Shown here one piece after another: positions 35,416-45,600 of a stretch of DNA of 49,905 bases. Source of the stretch: Verrucomicrobiota bacterium (GTDB taxonomy: Bacteria > Verrucomicrobiota > Verrucomicrobiia > Limisphaerales > UBA9464). The notes beneath the pieces are model-generated. The model did no database searches. It was not told the DNA's origin and saw only the letters and a list, made by a program, of their open reading frames with translations. Numbering within the stretch: the stretch's first letter is position 1; every line of letters starts with the position of its first letter. Made by a program: the position numbers and the translations under genes. The stretch is from positions 1-49,905 of the forward strand of contig JAPLUF010000118.1 in assembly GCA_026397755.1 (NCBI GenBank). Direction: 5' to 3'.

Positions 35416-38276
35416 ATTCTGCTTCTTTAATACGCCTCGGAGTCTCCGTCCTTCTTTCCACCGCTCTGAGCTTGTGCGCCCAGGAAACCGGCCGCATCGG
35501 GCGTTGGGTCTTCGCCCCGGAGTGGGCACAGAACGCGGGCATGCGATCGCCCGTCGGCAAGGAGTTGACCTTCGTGGGTAAACCCAGACTGGTGAAGGAT
35601 CCCAGTCCACCGCGGATCGAGCTTCCGGGCCGCGATGAGCGCATTGTGGTGGCCAACGCGCCGGATCGGGCGCTGCTGCCGGAGCGTGATTTGACAGCCG
35701 AAGCCTGGGTTCGCGTCGACCGCATCACCCCGTGGGGCGGATTCATCGGACAGGTGCAGGACAATGGCGACTTTGAGCGCGGTTGGGTGCTGGGATTCGT
35801 CGAATCCAAATTCTCGTTCGCCCTCGCCTCCGAAGGTGGCAAGCAACTCACCTTCCTGACTGCTCCAACGACATTCCAGACCAACCGGTGGTATCATGTG
35901 GCCGGAGTCTATGATGGGGCCGAGATGCGTCTGGTGGTCGATGGCGCGGTGGTGGCGACCAGTCGCGATCAGTCAGGTCCCATTTTGTATGCCCCGTCTG
36001 GACCTATGGTCATTGGGTCGTATCAGGACGACGATGAGCACTTCCGTTTGAGCGGTGCCTTGCACGAAGTGGGGTTGTTCCGTCGCGCCGTGCCCTCGGC
36101 GGAGTTGTTGTCTCACTACGAGGCTCGGAAGCGCTTGTTTCCAGAACCGGCTCCCGAGCCGATCTTCGCCAAGCCCGATTTTGGTCCGTTCGTTGACTGG
36201 GTGGACCGCACGACGGTGCACGTGTCCTGGGAGACCCTCACGGACGAGCCGACGGTGTTGGAATTGGAAATGCCCGATGGCACCCCCCGTCGTTCGGGCG
36301 TCGGCCAGACACGGAATCATTCGGTGACACTCACTGGGCTGCTGCCCGACCGGGAGTACCACTACCGGTTGATTTTCCCAAATCGCGAGGGACGACCGGT
36401 CACCAGCCGTCGGTACCTTTTCGATTCTTCGTTTTACTATCGACCGGCTCAGCCTGCGGTATCGCTGAAAACGCCCGCGGCCTCCCGCGCCGCACAGGTG
36501 ATCCAGGCCTCCGGGGTGCGCCAGGGGTATGCGCTCATTTTCGGTTCGACCGATGCTGATCTGGCCATCGAACTGGTCCGCCAAAGCGACCTGGAAGTGA
36601 TCTTGGTGGAGAAGGATGCCGCATTAATTCAGCGCCTGCGCGCGCGTTTGGACGAGGCGGGCATCTACGGTGTACGAGCCACGGTGATGCGCTCCGAATC
36701 CGCCCAATTGCCCTTCGGTGGCCTGACCGCCAACCTGATTGTCGTGGCTTCAGGTGCTCCGCCAGAAGTTCCGGCGGCCGAGATCCACCGATTGTTGCGA
36801 CCCGTGGGCGGCGCATTTATGGCCGAGGTGCCCCGCCGCCAATCCGAGGCCTGGGCTCGTTGGATGATGGGCTCCGACATGGCTCAGTGGAGTCCGGTGG
36901 CACGTGGGGGCGATTGGCACCGATGGGTCCGCAGTCGTTTGGTGGGTGCGGGCGATTGGGCACACCAATATGGCGGCGCCGACAATTCTTCGTGTAGTCA
37001 AGATGACTTGGTTCGCGGCGACCTTCAGGTGGCTTGGTGGGGCGATCCGGGTCCCCGGCCGATGCCCGATCGCGGTAATCGCAACCCGGCTCCCTTGAGC
37101 GTCAATGGGCGCCTGATGATTCAGGGGGAACGGATCCTGTTCGGCCTGGATGCCTACAACGGTGCCATCTTGTGGTCGTTCTCTTGTCCGGAAGTTCGCC
37201 GAGCGAACGTGACTCGCGACAGTTCCAACATGACGGCCGCCGGGGACAGGCTCTTTGTGGCTCACGGGCGTCATTGCGTGGGAATCGATGCCCAGACCGG
37301 TGCGCGGTCTCGCCGCTACTCGGTTCCGGCCGCCGGCGAGGAGGCCCGGGACTGGGGCTACGTGGCCGCCGAGGGGGGGCTCCTCATCGGGAGTCGGGTG
37401 AAGCCGGGATCGGCGTATCTGGGGGATGATGGCGAGTGGTACGAGGAGTACGCCGCCGACCAAATTGCCCGGGTGACCAGTGACCTGCTTTTCGCCACGG
37501 ATCCGGAGACGGGTAAACTGGTTTGGCAGTACTCGGGCGGAGCCGTTCTCAATTCCACGATCACCCTGGGTGACGGAATGCTCTTCTTCCTCGAGAGCCG
37601 AAACCCGGAGGCCATCGCCGCGCCCTTTGCCCGGCAGAACCCTAATGTCCTTACCGATCAATGGTTGGTCGCGCTGGATTTAAAGACCGGAAAGAAACTC
37701 TGGCAGAAAACCCACGACTTCAGCGCCTGCAAGTTCATGACCTATTTGGTCTATGGGAAGAACACGGTGGTGGTGACCGGCACCGACGCCTCCAAGAACT
37801 TCCACACCTTTGCCTTCAACGCACCGTCCCCACGTGGGAATCAAGACAGCGGCGACGACATCATCAGCGCCATCGGTGGCCGTGTTCTTTGGTCGGAGTC
37901 GCACAAAGAAGACAAGGGGCACCACAGCGGGCACCTCCAGCATCCCGTGGTTATCGGGGACACCTATTATTCGGATCAGCGGGCTTTTAAACTCACCTCG
38001 GGAGACTTGGTTCGCAAGGATCTGCCCGAGCGTCGGGGCTGCGGGGTGATGTCGGCGGGTCGCAATGCGATCTTCTTCCGTCATCACTTCCACGGCATGT
38101 GGGATCTGGAATCCAACAAGCGGACCCAATTCGAGGGTATTCGTTCTGGATGCTGGCTGAGCATGATCCCGGCGGGAGGAATGTTGTTGGCTCCGGAGAC
38201 GAGCGCGGGCTGCTCCTGCACCCACGCGATACAAACCTCTATCGGTTACATCCCAAAGGTCTTGGCGGGGCGATAG
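35412..38276 (+). CDS. Large secreted multidomain protein: LamG-like, FN3-like, Rossmann/methyltransferase-like and PQQ-like beta-propeller
   Basis: 954 aa. LamG-like AEAWVRVDRITPWGGFIG...WYHVAGVYDGAEMRLVVDG. FN3-like TTVHVSWETLTDEPTVLELE...REYHYRL. GYALIFGSTDADLAIELV...VILVEKD. Propeller repeats (GERILFGLDAYNGAILW, DPETGKLVWQY, DLKTGKKLWQ). Confidence 0.68.
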   Translation: MNSASLIRLGVSVLLSTALSLCAQETGRIGRWVFAPEWAQNAGMRSPVGKELTFVGKPRLVKDPSPPRIELPGRDERIVVANAPDRALLPERDLTAEAWVRVDRITPWGGFIGQVQDNGDFERGWVLGFVESKFSFALASEGGKQLTFLTAPTTFQTNRWYHVAGVYDGAEMRLVVDGAVVATSRDQSGPILYAPSGPMVIGSYQDDDEHFRLSGALHEVGLFRRAVPSAELLSHYEARKRLFPEPAPEPIFAKPDFGPFVDWVDRTTVHVSWETLTDEPTVLELEMPDGTPRRSGVGQTRNHSVTLTGLLPDREYHYRLIFPNREGRPVTSRRYLFDSSFYYRPAQPAVSLKTPAASRAAQVIQASGVRQGYALIFGSTDADLAIELVRQSDLEVILVEKDAALIQRLRARLDEAGIYGVRATVMRSESAQLPFGGLTANLIVVASGAPPEVPAAEIHRLLRPVGGAFMAEVPRRQSEAWARWMMGSDMAQWSPVARGGDWHRWVRSRLVGAGDWAHQYGGADNSSCSQDDLVRGDLQVAWWGDPGPRPMPDRGNRNPAPLSVNGRLMIQGERILFGLDAYNGAILWSFSCPEVRRANVTRDSSNMTAAGDRLFVAHGRHCVGIDAQTGARSRRYSVPAAGEEARDWGYVAAEGGLLIGSRVKPGSAYLGDDGEWYEEYAADQIARVTSDLLFATDPETGKLVWQYSGGAVLNSTITLGDGMLFFLESRNPEAIAAPFARQNPNVLTDQWLVALDLKTGKKLWQKTHDFSACKFMTYLVYGKNTVVVTGTDASKNFHTFAFNAPSPRGNQDSGDDIISAIGGRVLWSESHKEDKGHHSGHLQHPVVIGDTYYSDQRAFKLTSGDLVRKDLPERRGCGVMSAGRNAIFFRHHFHGMWDLESNKRTQFEGIRSGCWLSMIPAGGMLLAPETSAGCSCTHAIQTSIGYIPKVLAGR

Positions 38277-38322
38277 GTTTGGAGTCATCAGTGCCGGATG
38301 GGAGTGCCAGGGCACTGGCGGC

Positions 38323-39018
38323 TCATGGAAGCCGTGCGGGATGGTTCCCGCGGTAGACATCGTTGACGATGGCTTCCTTGGCTTTCCAAACGAGGGTCAT
38401 GGTCAGAGCCACGGGCAGGAGTCCTAGAGAGACCACCAAGAGCACCCGGGCTTGCTCCAAAACCTCGAGGATTTCTTGGAGGTGGTTCGGGAGAGATTGA
38501 AATTCCCGGGCCAGCGTCCATGCGGATGCGAAGGCTAACAGCGTGCTCAGCAGGGTGGTGTTGACGGTGGTGAAGAGTCGCATGTCCGAGCGGAGGGTTT
38601 CGTCTGGGAGCAAGGCGGCCAAACGACGGAGCGAATGGTTTAAGGCCAGAAGAAACCCCAGCCCTGAGAAGAGCATGAGCAGGAGGCTCGCCCCGAACAG
38701 CGCAACATCGGGGCGTCGGCTCCACCACCAAGTGAAGGGTGAAAGAGCCAGATTCAGCAGGGCCAGTAACTCGGCCCGATTCACGGATCGCACCCAGACT
38801 CGTTCTTGGGTCTGGAACTGCTCCAATTGCTTCAGCCCAAACCAGACGAGTCCGCAGGAAGCCACCGGAAGGCCGATGCCGAACTGGGACCACAATTCAC
38901 CCAGGGCGGTTCGGGTGCAGGCGAGCAAGGCCAACGGCAGTCCCCAGAAAAGGCAGGACAACCCGCGCACAACGCGGGACAGAGAGGTCAATAAGGAGTC
39001 CTGATTCACCGCGGGCAA
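38323..39018 (-). CDS. Hypothetical polytopic membrane protein
   Basis: 231-aa ORF with about 6 hydrophobic segments and host-like GC. Convergent with the operon end. No motif recognised. Confidence 0.5.
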   Translation of the reverse strand: MPAVNQDSLLTSLSRVVRGLSCLFWGLPLALLACTRTALGELWSQFGIGLPVASCGLVWFGLKQLEQFQTQERVWVRSVNRAELLALLNLALSPFTWWWSRRPDVALFGASLLLMLFSGLGFLLALNHSLRRLAALLPDETLRSDMRLFTTVNTTLLSTLLAFASAWTLAREFQSLPNHLQEILEVLEQARVLLVVSLGLLPVALTMTLVWKAKEAIVNDVYRGNHPARLP

Positions 39019-39439
39019 ACGAAACGCTGTTTGGAGGGGTCACCGCAAGGAGGAACCCGAACGGTTTAAGACAACAAAAGCAACCTGCCTAAATTCGGTT
39101 CACGCGGGAGACGAAAAATTGGGTTCACTCAGGCCGCGGGTCACACGTCTCAAACTGATTTCAAAAGCAGAGGTTAGGGATGGGTTCAGTTACCAGAAAT
39201 CGCACCCACTGCTCGATGCTCGGAGCTCTCGATCAGCATGTCTCTGGGCCGGAAGCTCAGGAGATCGAGGTGATGTGCAAATTGGTGGAGACTTTGCATC
39301 GGCGATGACGGGCACTGTCCATCTGGTGGTCGACCAACAAGATGATGCTGACGGCGTGGACGGCATGCCTGAAGAGGCGCACAAGCAGGTCCTGCAACCT
39401 GATTTGTGCTGCGAAGGGCATCGACCCAACCACTAGTAA

Positions 39440-41490
39440 TTTAAATTATTAGATGGTTTTTTAAAACAACAAAAATAACTCTATATCAGTGTTTAATCTT
39501 AAACTATTTAATTTCTATAAAAGTGCGCCCGCTGAATTCTTTTAAACAGTCACTTACAGTTCTGTTTCTGTAATCTTTTAGATCAAAATTCGCGCCTTTA
39601 TATTTCAGAAATTTTAATATCAACAAATACTGCTCTGACATTGCTGTGTTTTCTGGCTCCACCTTTATTGCGGCAACATGGGCGGGTGTGTGCCCATAAC
39701 TATCCGCCTTATTTGGATTTGCTCCAGCATCAATCAGTAGTTGAACGTCATCTAAATTTCCGATTCGTACAGCGTTAAACAAGGCTGTTCTGTTCATGAT
39801 GTCTAGTGCATCAACATCTTTAAAGTGTGGCAACAATATATAAATTGGATTGTAGTCTCTTAATGCTTTTGGTGATGCAGCGGCTAAATGCAAAGGGGTT
39901 CTTCTAAAACGATCCCTCAATTGACTAAGGTCTATCTGAGTATTAAATATTCCTGGAGTTTGCGCAATGCGGGCTTCGTTCAAAAATTCTTTACCTTGAA
40001 GTAAGGCTTCTGTTTTAAACGATTCACCTAAAACATAGAAGGCAAACAACCCTATTAAAACTGGCCTCCAGGTAAATTTTATAATATCAGTTGTGCTTAT
40101 ATGGTTGTCACTCATGTTTGAGTTTCGCGCTTTTCTTCGACCCATAAAATAATCCCCTAAAACTGTATATCGCACAAAAACATTGTAACTCCACCACATG
40201 ATATAAAAACTAACGGTGAGAATTAATCCAGATTTTGTGAGTGAATTCAAAACATTTACCTTGGCTAACATGTAAGAGAGGGTAAATGTTAACAACAGGT
40301 GGGAATAAAACATCCAGTACGAGGCATCTGAAATATATTTTATAATCAAATTTTCTTTTTTGAAATAACGTTCCGCAAGACCGATAAAGCCAAGTGAAAA
40401 CAACCAAGCTACACAAGATCGCAACAAAACTACAGACGATTTAAAAATGCCACCTTCAAGTGCTGCCTCCTTTACCCAACGAAAACCGACAACCTTATAG
40501 CTTAATAGATCATGAACGACACTGGGATAAAGATCACCCGCTAACGGAGTTAGTTGCATGCAGAAAGGGACCGTTAGCAATCCGATTCCTAAATAAATAA
40601 AGCAGTTTTTCTTTAGGTGTTCTATGTTTTCGCGCTTTACATATAAACCAATCCCAACAAAATAAAACGTCATGTAACTTGCGAGGTTGTTGATTTCAAA
40701 GTTAAAATGATTGGGCGGTAAATCAATTTCACTGAGTGAAAAATTAATTGGAAAACATAAAAAGCCTAACCAAATTGCAGACATTGGTTTTTCCGTAATT
40801 CTTCCAAGAAAATTGCAAAACGAAACCTTTATCCTTGTGGGTAAAACAAGGCGCATTATTACATGCGCTAAATACATTATAATTAAATAATAAATAAACC
40901 AATAGTGCCAGAATCCTATAAAATCAAGAACTGAGTTTTTAGAAAACCCCCCGTATAGCAGAACGCTGTTGACGCATTCTAAAATTGGTTTCTCCATCAG
41001 TATTTTTCTTACCAGTGATGGTTGACCTGCTGCTGAAATAATTAGATGGTGAATTGGCACCAAAAAAACTATTGCGAATAAGAAAGGAATTAAGATTCTT
41101 TTTTTCCTGTCTTCAATAAATTTTAAAATCCCATTTTTTTCTATAACCATTTGAGCAAAAAATCCTGCCAATAGAAAAAACAGTTGCATGCGGAACAAAT
41201 GAATGAAAGTCACAATTAATCGGTTGAATGGATCGGTTAAGTGCTCTCCCATCATCCACAGCCCTTGGTCATCCATGAAAAATATTGAAACGTGGATTAC
41301 CAATCCCAGCAACAAGGCTCCAGACCTAATAAGATCGAGGCCATAATATCTATTTGTTTTATTCATTTTGATTCATAAAATTTAAATTTGTTTTTTGATT
41401 TGGATGGTTATTTTAAACTGATGAGGCGCTTAGGGGTGATAAATCGTAACGGTCTGAAATTAACAATAATTATTAAATTAAACTCATGTT
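39440..41490. other. Second AT-rich islet (about 35-40% GC)
   Basis: Spot count of line 40261 gives 38% GC. Abrupt transitions at about 39436 and about 41490. Confidence 0.8.
39504..41366 (-). CDS. Acyltransferase family 3 (OafA/OpgC-like) membrane protein fused to C-terminal ankyrin repeats
   Basis: 620 aa. AT3 N-terminus YGLDLIRSGALLLGLVIHV and about 10-11 TMs. C-terminal RTPLHLAA..., NRTALFNAVRIGNLDDVQLLIDAGANPNKADSYGHTPAHVAA (ankyrin consensus). Confidence 0.8.
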   Translation of the reverse strand: MNKTNRYYGLDLIRSGALLLGLVIHVSIFFMDDQGLWMMGEHLTDPFNRLIVTFIHLFRMQLFFLLAGFFAQMVIEKNGILKFIEDRKKRILIPFLFAIVFLVPIHHLIISAAGQPSLVRKILMEKPILECVNSVLLYGGFSKNSVLDFIGFWHYWFIYYLIIMYLAHVIMRLVLPTRIKVSFCNFLGRITEKPMSAIWLGFLCFPINFSLSEIDLPPNHFNFEINNLASYMTFYFVGIGLYVKRENIEHLKKNCFIYLGIGLLTVPFCMQLTPLAGDLYPSVVHDLLSYKVVGFRWVKEAALEGGIFKSSVVLLRSCVAWLFSLGFIGLAERYFKKENLIIKYISDASYWMFYSHLLLTFTLSYMLAKVNVLNSLTKSGLILTVSFYIMWWSYNVFVRYTVLGDYFMGRRKARNSNMSDNHISTTDIIKFTWRPVLIGLFAFYVLGESFKTEALLQGKEFLNEARIAQTPGIFNTQIDLSQLRDRFRRTPLHLAAASPKALRDYNPIYILLPHFKDVDALDIMNRTALFNAVRIGNLDDVQLLIDAGANPNKADSYGHTPAHVAAIKVEPENTAMSEQYLLILKFLKYKGANFDLKDYRNRTVSDCLKEFSGRTFIEIK

Positions 41491-42371
41491 TGCGTGGTTT
41501 TATTCTGTATCAGTGGCATGATGTAATTTGGCGGTGAAGTTTTTGTGGGGCTATTGATTGATCGGTAAAGTAAGCGGGTCTGGTTTCCCACTCGTAGGAG
41601 GTTCGATGAGAATACCAGTCTGGTGGTAGAGGAATGGGGATTTGTTCGGAAATGGTCTACGACGCGATTGCAGCGCTGGATGTCATGATGGATGCTCTCG
41701 CACATGTTGGAGGTGCGCAGGCGGGGGCGGACGTGCTCGGGCTGTTTATAGGCGGCGAGTTTTGGGACGTAAGCTTGGGCGCTGTGCTGAAGATGAAACT
41801 GGTAGCGTTGCCAGGGGCTAGCACAGAGGGCGGTGCTCGATGCGGCTTTGAGACTGTCTTGAGCGTTGGAAGTGACGTTGTCGGGGATGCCGATGCCGCG
41901 CCGTTGGAAAAAGCAGATAAAGTCGCAATGGGGTTCAGCTTCGGAGAGGGCGCAGGTGACACCGAGAACTCTGCGCTGGGCATCGTCGCGGGGGGCTCTG
42001 ATGGCGGCGAGGGCAGCGCCCGTGTACAAAACCGTTGGGTTCGACCTTGATGTAAGTGGCGTCGAGGATGAGGTGAGGGATTTCGGGCAGCGGACGGGTG
42101 CGCTAGAGGTTAGATTCGGGCTCCAGCTCTGCAGTGAGGCGGGAGACTGAGGTGTAGGAGGTCTCCAAGCCGCAAGGTTCTTCGAGGACCTTGGAAACGC
42201 GGGGAGTGGAGATGTTCTGAAGATGAGACGATGGGAGCTTAGAACTTCCAGGTGGTTCGCCGTCGCCCTCTGTAAGTCTCGGCGATGGAGAGGCTGGAAA
42301 ATTGGTGGAGGCTGCGGGGCGATCGGTCGCAGCGCGAAGGTAGCCTCTTGAGGCTTAGAGTCTGGGTTCAC
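41484..42371 (-). pseudogene. IS256-family (mutator-type) transposase remnant: 5'-truncated, with an in-frame TAG and at least two frameshifts
   Basis: WQRYQFHLQHS (QRCxVH motif), LRTSNMCESIHHDIQRCNRVVDHF (TTNxIESxNxxIKRRtrVv). In shifted frames: NISTPRVSKVLEEPCGLETSYTSVSRL and L-TAG-RTRPLPEIPHLILDATYIKV. Confidence 0.72.
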
Positions 42372-42500
42372 GCATTTAGATGCGTCAACCGGACGTGGAA
42401 CGGATCAATTATTTTGCGAAAGACGCTAAAAAATTAAGCGGCCCCAAATTTGTCAGCGATTGAGAGGGAGCTTTTGAGGCAAAAATACTGAGAGAAAAAT

Positions 42501-42534
42501 AAAAAAGACCGGCGGGTTAGGCCGGTCTTTTTTT
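42501..42534 (-). terminator. Intrinsic (bidirectional-looking) terminator downstream of tRNA-Gly
   Basis: 8-bp stem agaccggc / gccggtct with a 7-nt loop, flanked by an A-run and a T-run. Confidence 0.7.
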
Positions 42535-42543
42535 CTGGAAAGC

Positions 42544-42620
42544 TGGAGCGAGTGAAGGGATTCGAACCCTCGACATTCACCTTGGCAAGGTGACGCTCTA
42601 CCAGACTGAGCTACACTCGC
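42544..42620 (-). tRNA. tRNA-Gly (anticodon GCC), CCA encoded
   Basis: Reverse complement is GCGAGTGTAGCTCAGTCTGGTAGAGCGTCACCTTGCCAAGGTGAATGTCGAGGGTTCGAATCCCTTCACTCGCTCCA. It has a 7-bp acceptor stem, D-loop AGTCTGGTA, anticodon loop TTGCCAA and T-loop TTCGAAT. Confidence 0.93.
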
Positions 42621-42699
42621 GTTGACCGATAAAATTTGCCTCACATTCGGGTGCCTTGGCAAGAGGTGTTTTCGGATTCCGCATTTTAAGCGCGGAGTC

Positions 42700-45600
42700 C
42701 TACGGAGTGACGACCCGGTAGATACGGGTGGCGTTGGTGGTCGTCAGGTCGCGGAATTCTTCAATCATCGATGGGTTTGAATCTGATGGAAATTCCATTA
42801 AATCCCGCCAGTTTTGTGCGGAATCGGTGGTCAACGCCTCATGGAATTGGAGGCGGTAGGAGCGGGCGCCATGTCTTGAGAAACGTAAGATGGGGTTTCC
42901 ATCGAAGGGGGAGGGTAACGCCTTGAGGCTGGGATGGTCTGAGGCATCGCTGGGAAGGGTTCCTGCCAGAAATTCCTCACGATTGCTGGCGCCATCGCCG
43001 TCGGGGTCCGCATCACCGTGCAGTTGGAGGGATCCAAAGAAGTTCAGTTCCCAGAGGTCCGCCAGACCATCGCCATCAGAGTCCGTGCCCGGTCCGACGT
43101 CAGAGGCCTGATCGGGTTGGCCGGGCGATCCGTCGGCTTGGGCGCTGGCCACCCAGGCCGATGGGGTGTCGATCTGGAACGCCTGAAGGGCCTCGGATCG
43201 CAGTACCATGCTGTAGCCGTCTCCATCAGCCGGGGGAACCCATTGATCGGTGAGTTCAAAATCAAACACGGGGTTGCCCTGTGGATCAACGAGCTTCAAG
43301 CGACCTCCGCCGTCGGACAGTTGCCCAGAATATTTCCCCAGATGTTCGACCATGGTTCCGTAGCGGGAGCGGAAGGTGGAATTGTCTGACGCCAGCACCA
43401 CACGCGCGTTCGGCGCGAGGATCCGTGTGCCGTTGGTCGCGTTGAAGGCGAACGATATATCGCCCTCAATTCGAAACCCGGTCAGGTCGAGCGGTGCGCC
43501 GGAGGTGTTCTTGAGTTCGATGAATTCGCTCTGATCGGGATCGAAGGACCGGTTTCCCCGTTGGTCTGATGGGTGGAAGTGGATCTCACTGAGGGTCAGG
43601 GGCGGAGCGGATAACAGGAAGGTGCGAGCGACCGGTCCAGACCAGGGCGTGCTGATCGGGGGGCCACTGGTCTGACGGCGGAGCGTGTCCAGAGTGCGAG
43701 CCCTCAGGCGGACCGGGCCAGTGATCGTGATTGGCCCTGTGTACAATAGGGCGCTGGACGAACGGTTGGAGGTTCCGACCGCTCGGGGGTCGGTGCCATC
43801 GAGAGTGTACCAAATTGCAGCACTGGTGCTGGCGTTGGGCCCCAAGGACAAGGTGAACGTGGTGCCTGACGGGACGATGCCTGAATCGAGCGAGGACACG
43901 GGCGGTTGCGCGAGTTGCCGATCTACAAAGTCGAGGCGGTTGGACACCCAGCGCTTCATGGAGTCGAGTTCGGCCTGATAGCTGCCGCCGCGGCGAGGGA
44001 TCTTCCAGCGCTGATAGTCGCGGCGCTCCGCCAGGCGAATTTGATTGGCCAGGCGGTCCATGAGCATTCCGGTGTAGCGCACCGACAGTTGGTGGGTCCG
44101 CAGGTGTTGGAACCGATCTACCCACCGCTGCCAGGCCTCGGTATCTTGGAAAAGTTGCCCATACCAGCCAGCGAAGACGGGGCCGCAAGTCCAGCTCCGC
44201 GGATTGGAGTCTCGTCCGTCGGTCGATCCCAGGGCCCGGTCGAAATCCCAGTGGGGTCCAAAGATGAGCTTCTGGTTCCGGGGTTTGTGGAAGTAGGCGC
44301 TCAAGACCATCGTGTCCACATTGCCTGAGAGCATTTCCAGGATGTGGTAGTCGATGGCCCGGCCCATCTCGATGTAGTTTTCGTAGCTGTTGGTGGGGTT
44401 GCGTCGATTGGCCACCTGAAATCCACGGCTCATGCCGTTGACGTAGTCGGTCAGGTACTTTTTTTGGGCGGTCCGTTGCGCCAGTTTCAAATCTTTTTCC
44501 TTGGGGTTGATCATGGCCACACTCATGCCGCCCATGGTCACCCCGGTATCGCCGGGATCGAATCGGTCAATTTTCATGACATAGGGGCCGGTGATGTCCG
44601 GAAGCGTGTTGTCTTCGGGTTGCAGTTTGGGGCCCGGGATGCGTTTGCCTCCCACGCCAATTTTCTCGGTCAGCACATAAAGTCCCTCGTACTGGTTGGT
44701 GGTCAGAGGTCCCAGCTTGTTGATGAACACCTCCACGAACCGGGTCCGAGGTGAGTACTCCCCGATGTCGCGCGCCAGTTGGTGCAAGAATGGATTATGA
44801 ATGCAAACCGGCTCGAAATTGTTCGGGGCATACAGCACCCATTCCGATTCGGCGGGCATTCCCAGCGCCGGCAGTTCGAGATCCTGATTGTAGTCATCGG
44901 TCCATTGCAGTGCGTACTGCTTCTTGGCCAATCCGGCACTGCTCGAGCCACGGATCTTAATGCCGCCGCGCGCGGTGAAGTCGGGTTTTCCGATGACGCG
45001 TGCGACCCCGTTCTTCGGCTCGAACAGCGACAAGGCCACTACCGTGTTGGCACTCTCATTGGGGGACTTCCCAAAGGTACTGATGACCAGCAGCGGCAGA
45101 TCGGAGCGGAATTGCTGGATGTTGGGGTTGGAGACGTTCTGGAGCAAATCTCCCCAGGCGTTGGTTCCCTGGACCGGCCCTGCCGACGATACAAATAGAG
45201 GCGTGTAGTATTCGGTGCGAACGGGGCCTGGTAGGTGATTGGTCCGAAAGGCTCGGGCCCGCAGCATGAGCGCGTTGCTCGTCACCAACACCAAGGGTTG
45301 GGTGTAGGTAAACCCGTTGGTCAGGGTGGGGATGCGGCCGTCGAGGGAGTAGCGGATCAGCGCATCAGGAGCGGTTTGCGCCAGGGACAGTCGGAGGGTC
45401 AGGTTCAATTTCGGATCCGGAATTAGCCCGCCGCTTTGAGAAAATAGAACCGCCGGAGCAAAGCCGACTCCGGAGATGGAGTTGGGAGCACCGGGTGTCG
45501 GTGTCGCCAGGAATCCGCTTTGCGAGGTGTCACCATTGGCTCGTCCATAGGCGACATTGGCCGGAGTGGCCGGATATTTGGGGGCGAAGGCATCCACCGT

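Noticed and set aside
42453-42662. 69-aa minus-strand ORF
   Set aside because: It is a translation through tRNA-Gly and its terminator (GFESLHSLQ-type artefact), not a protein gene.
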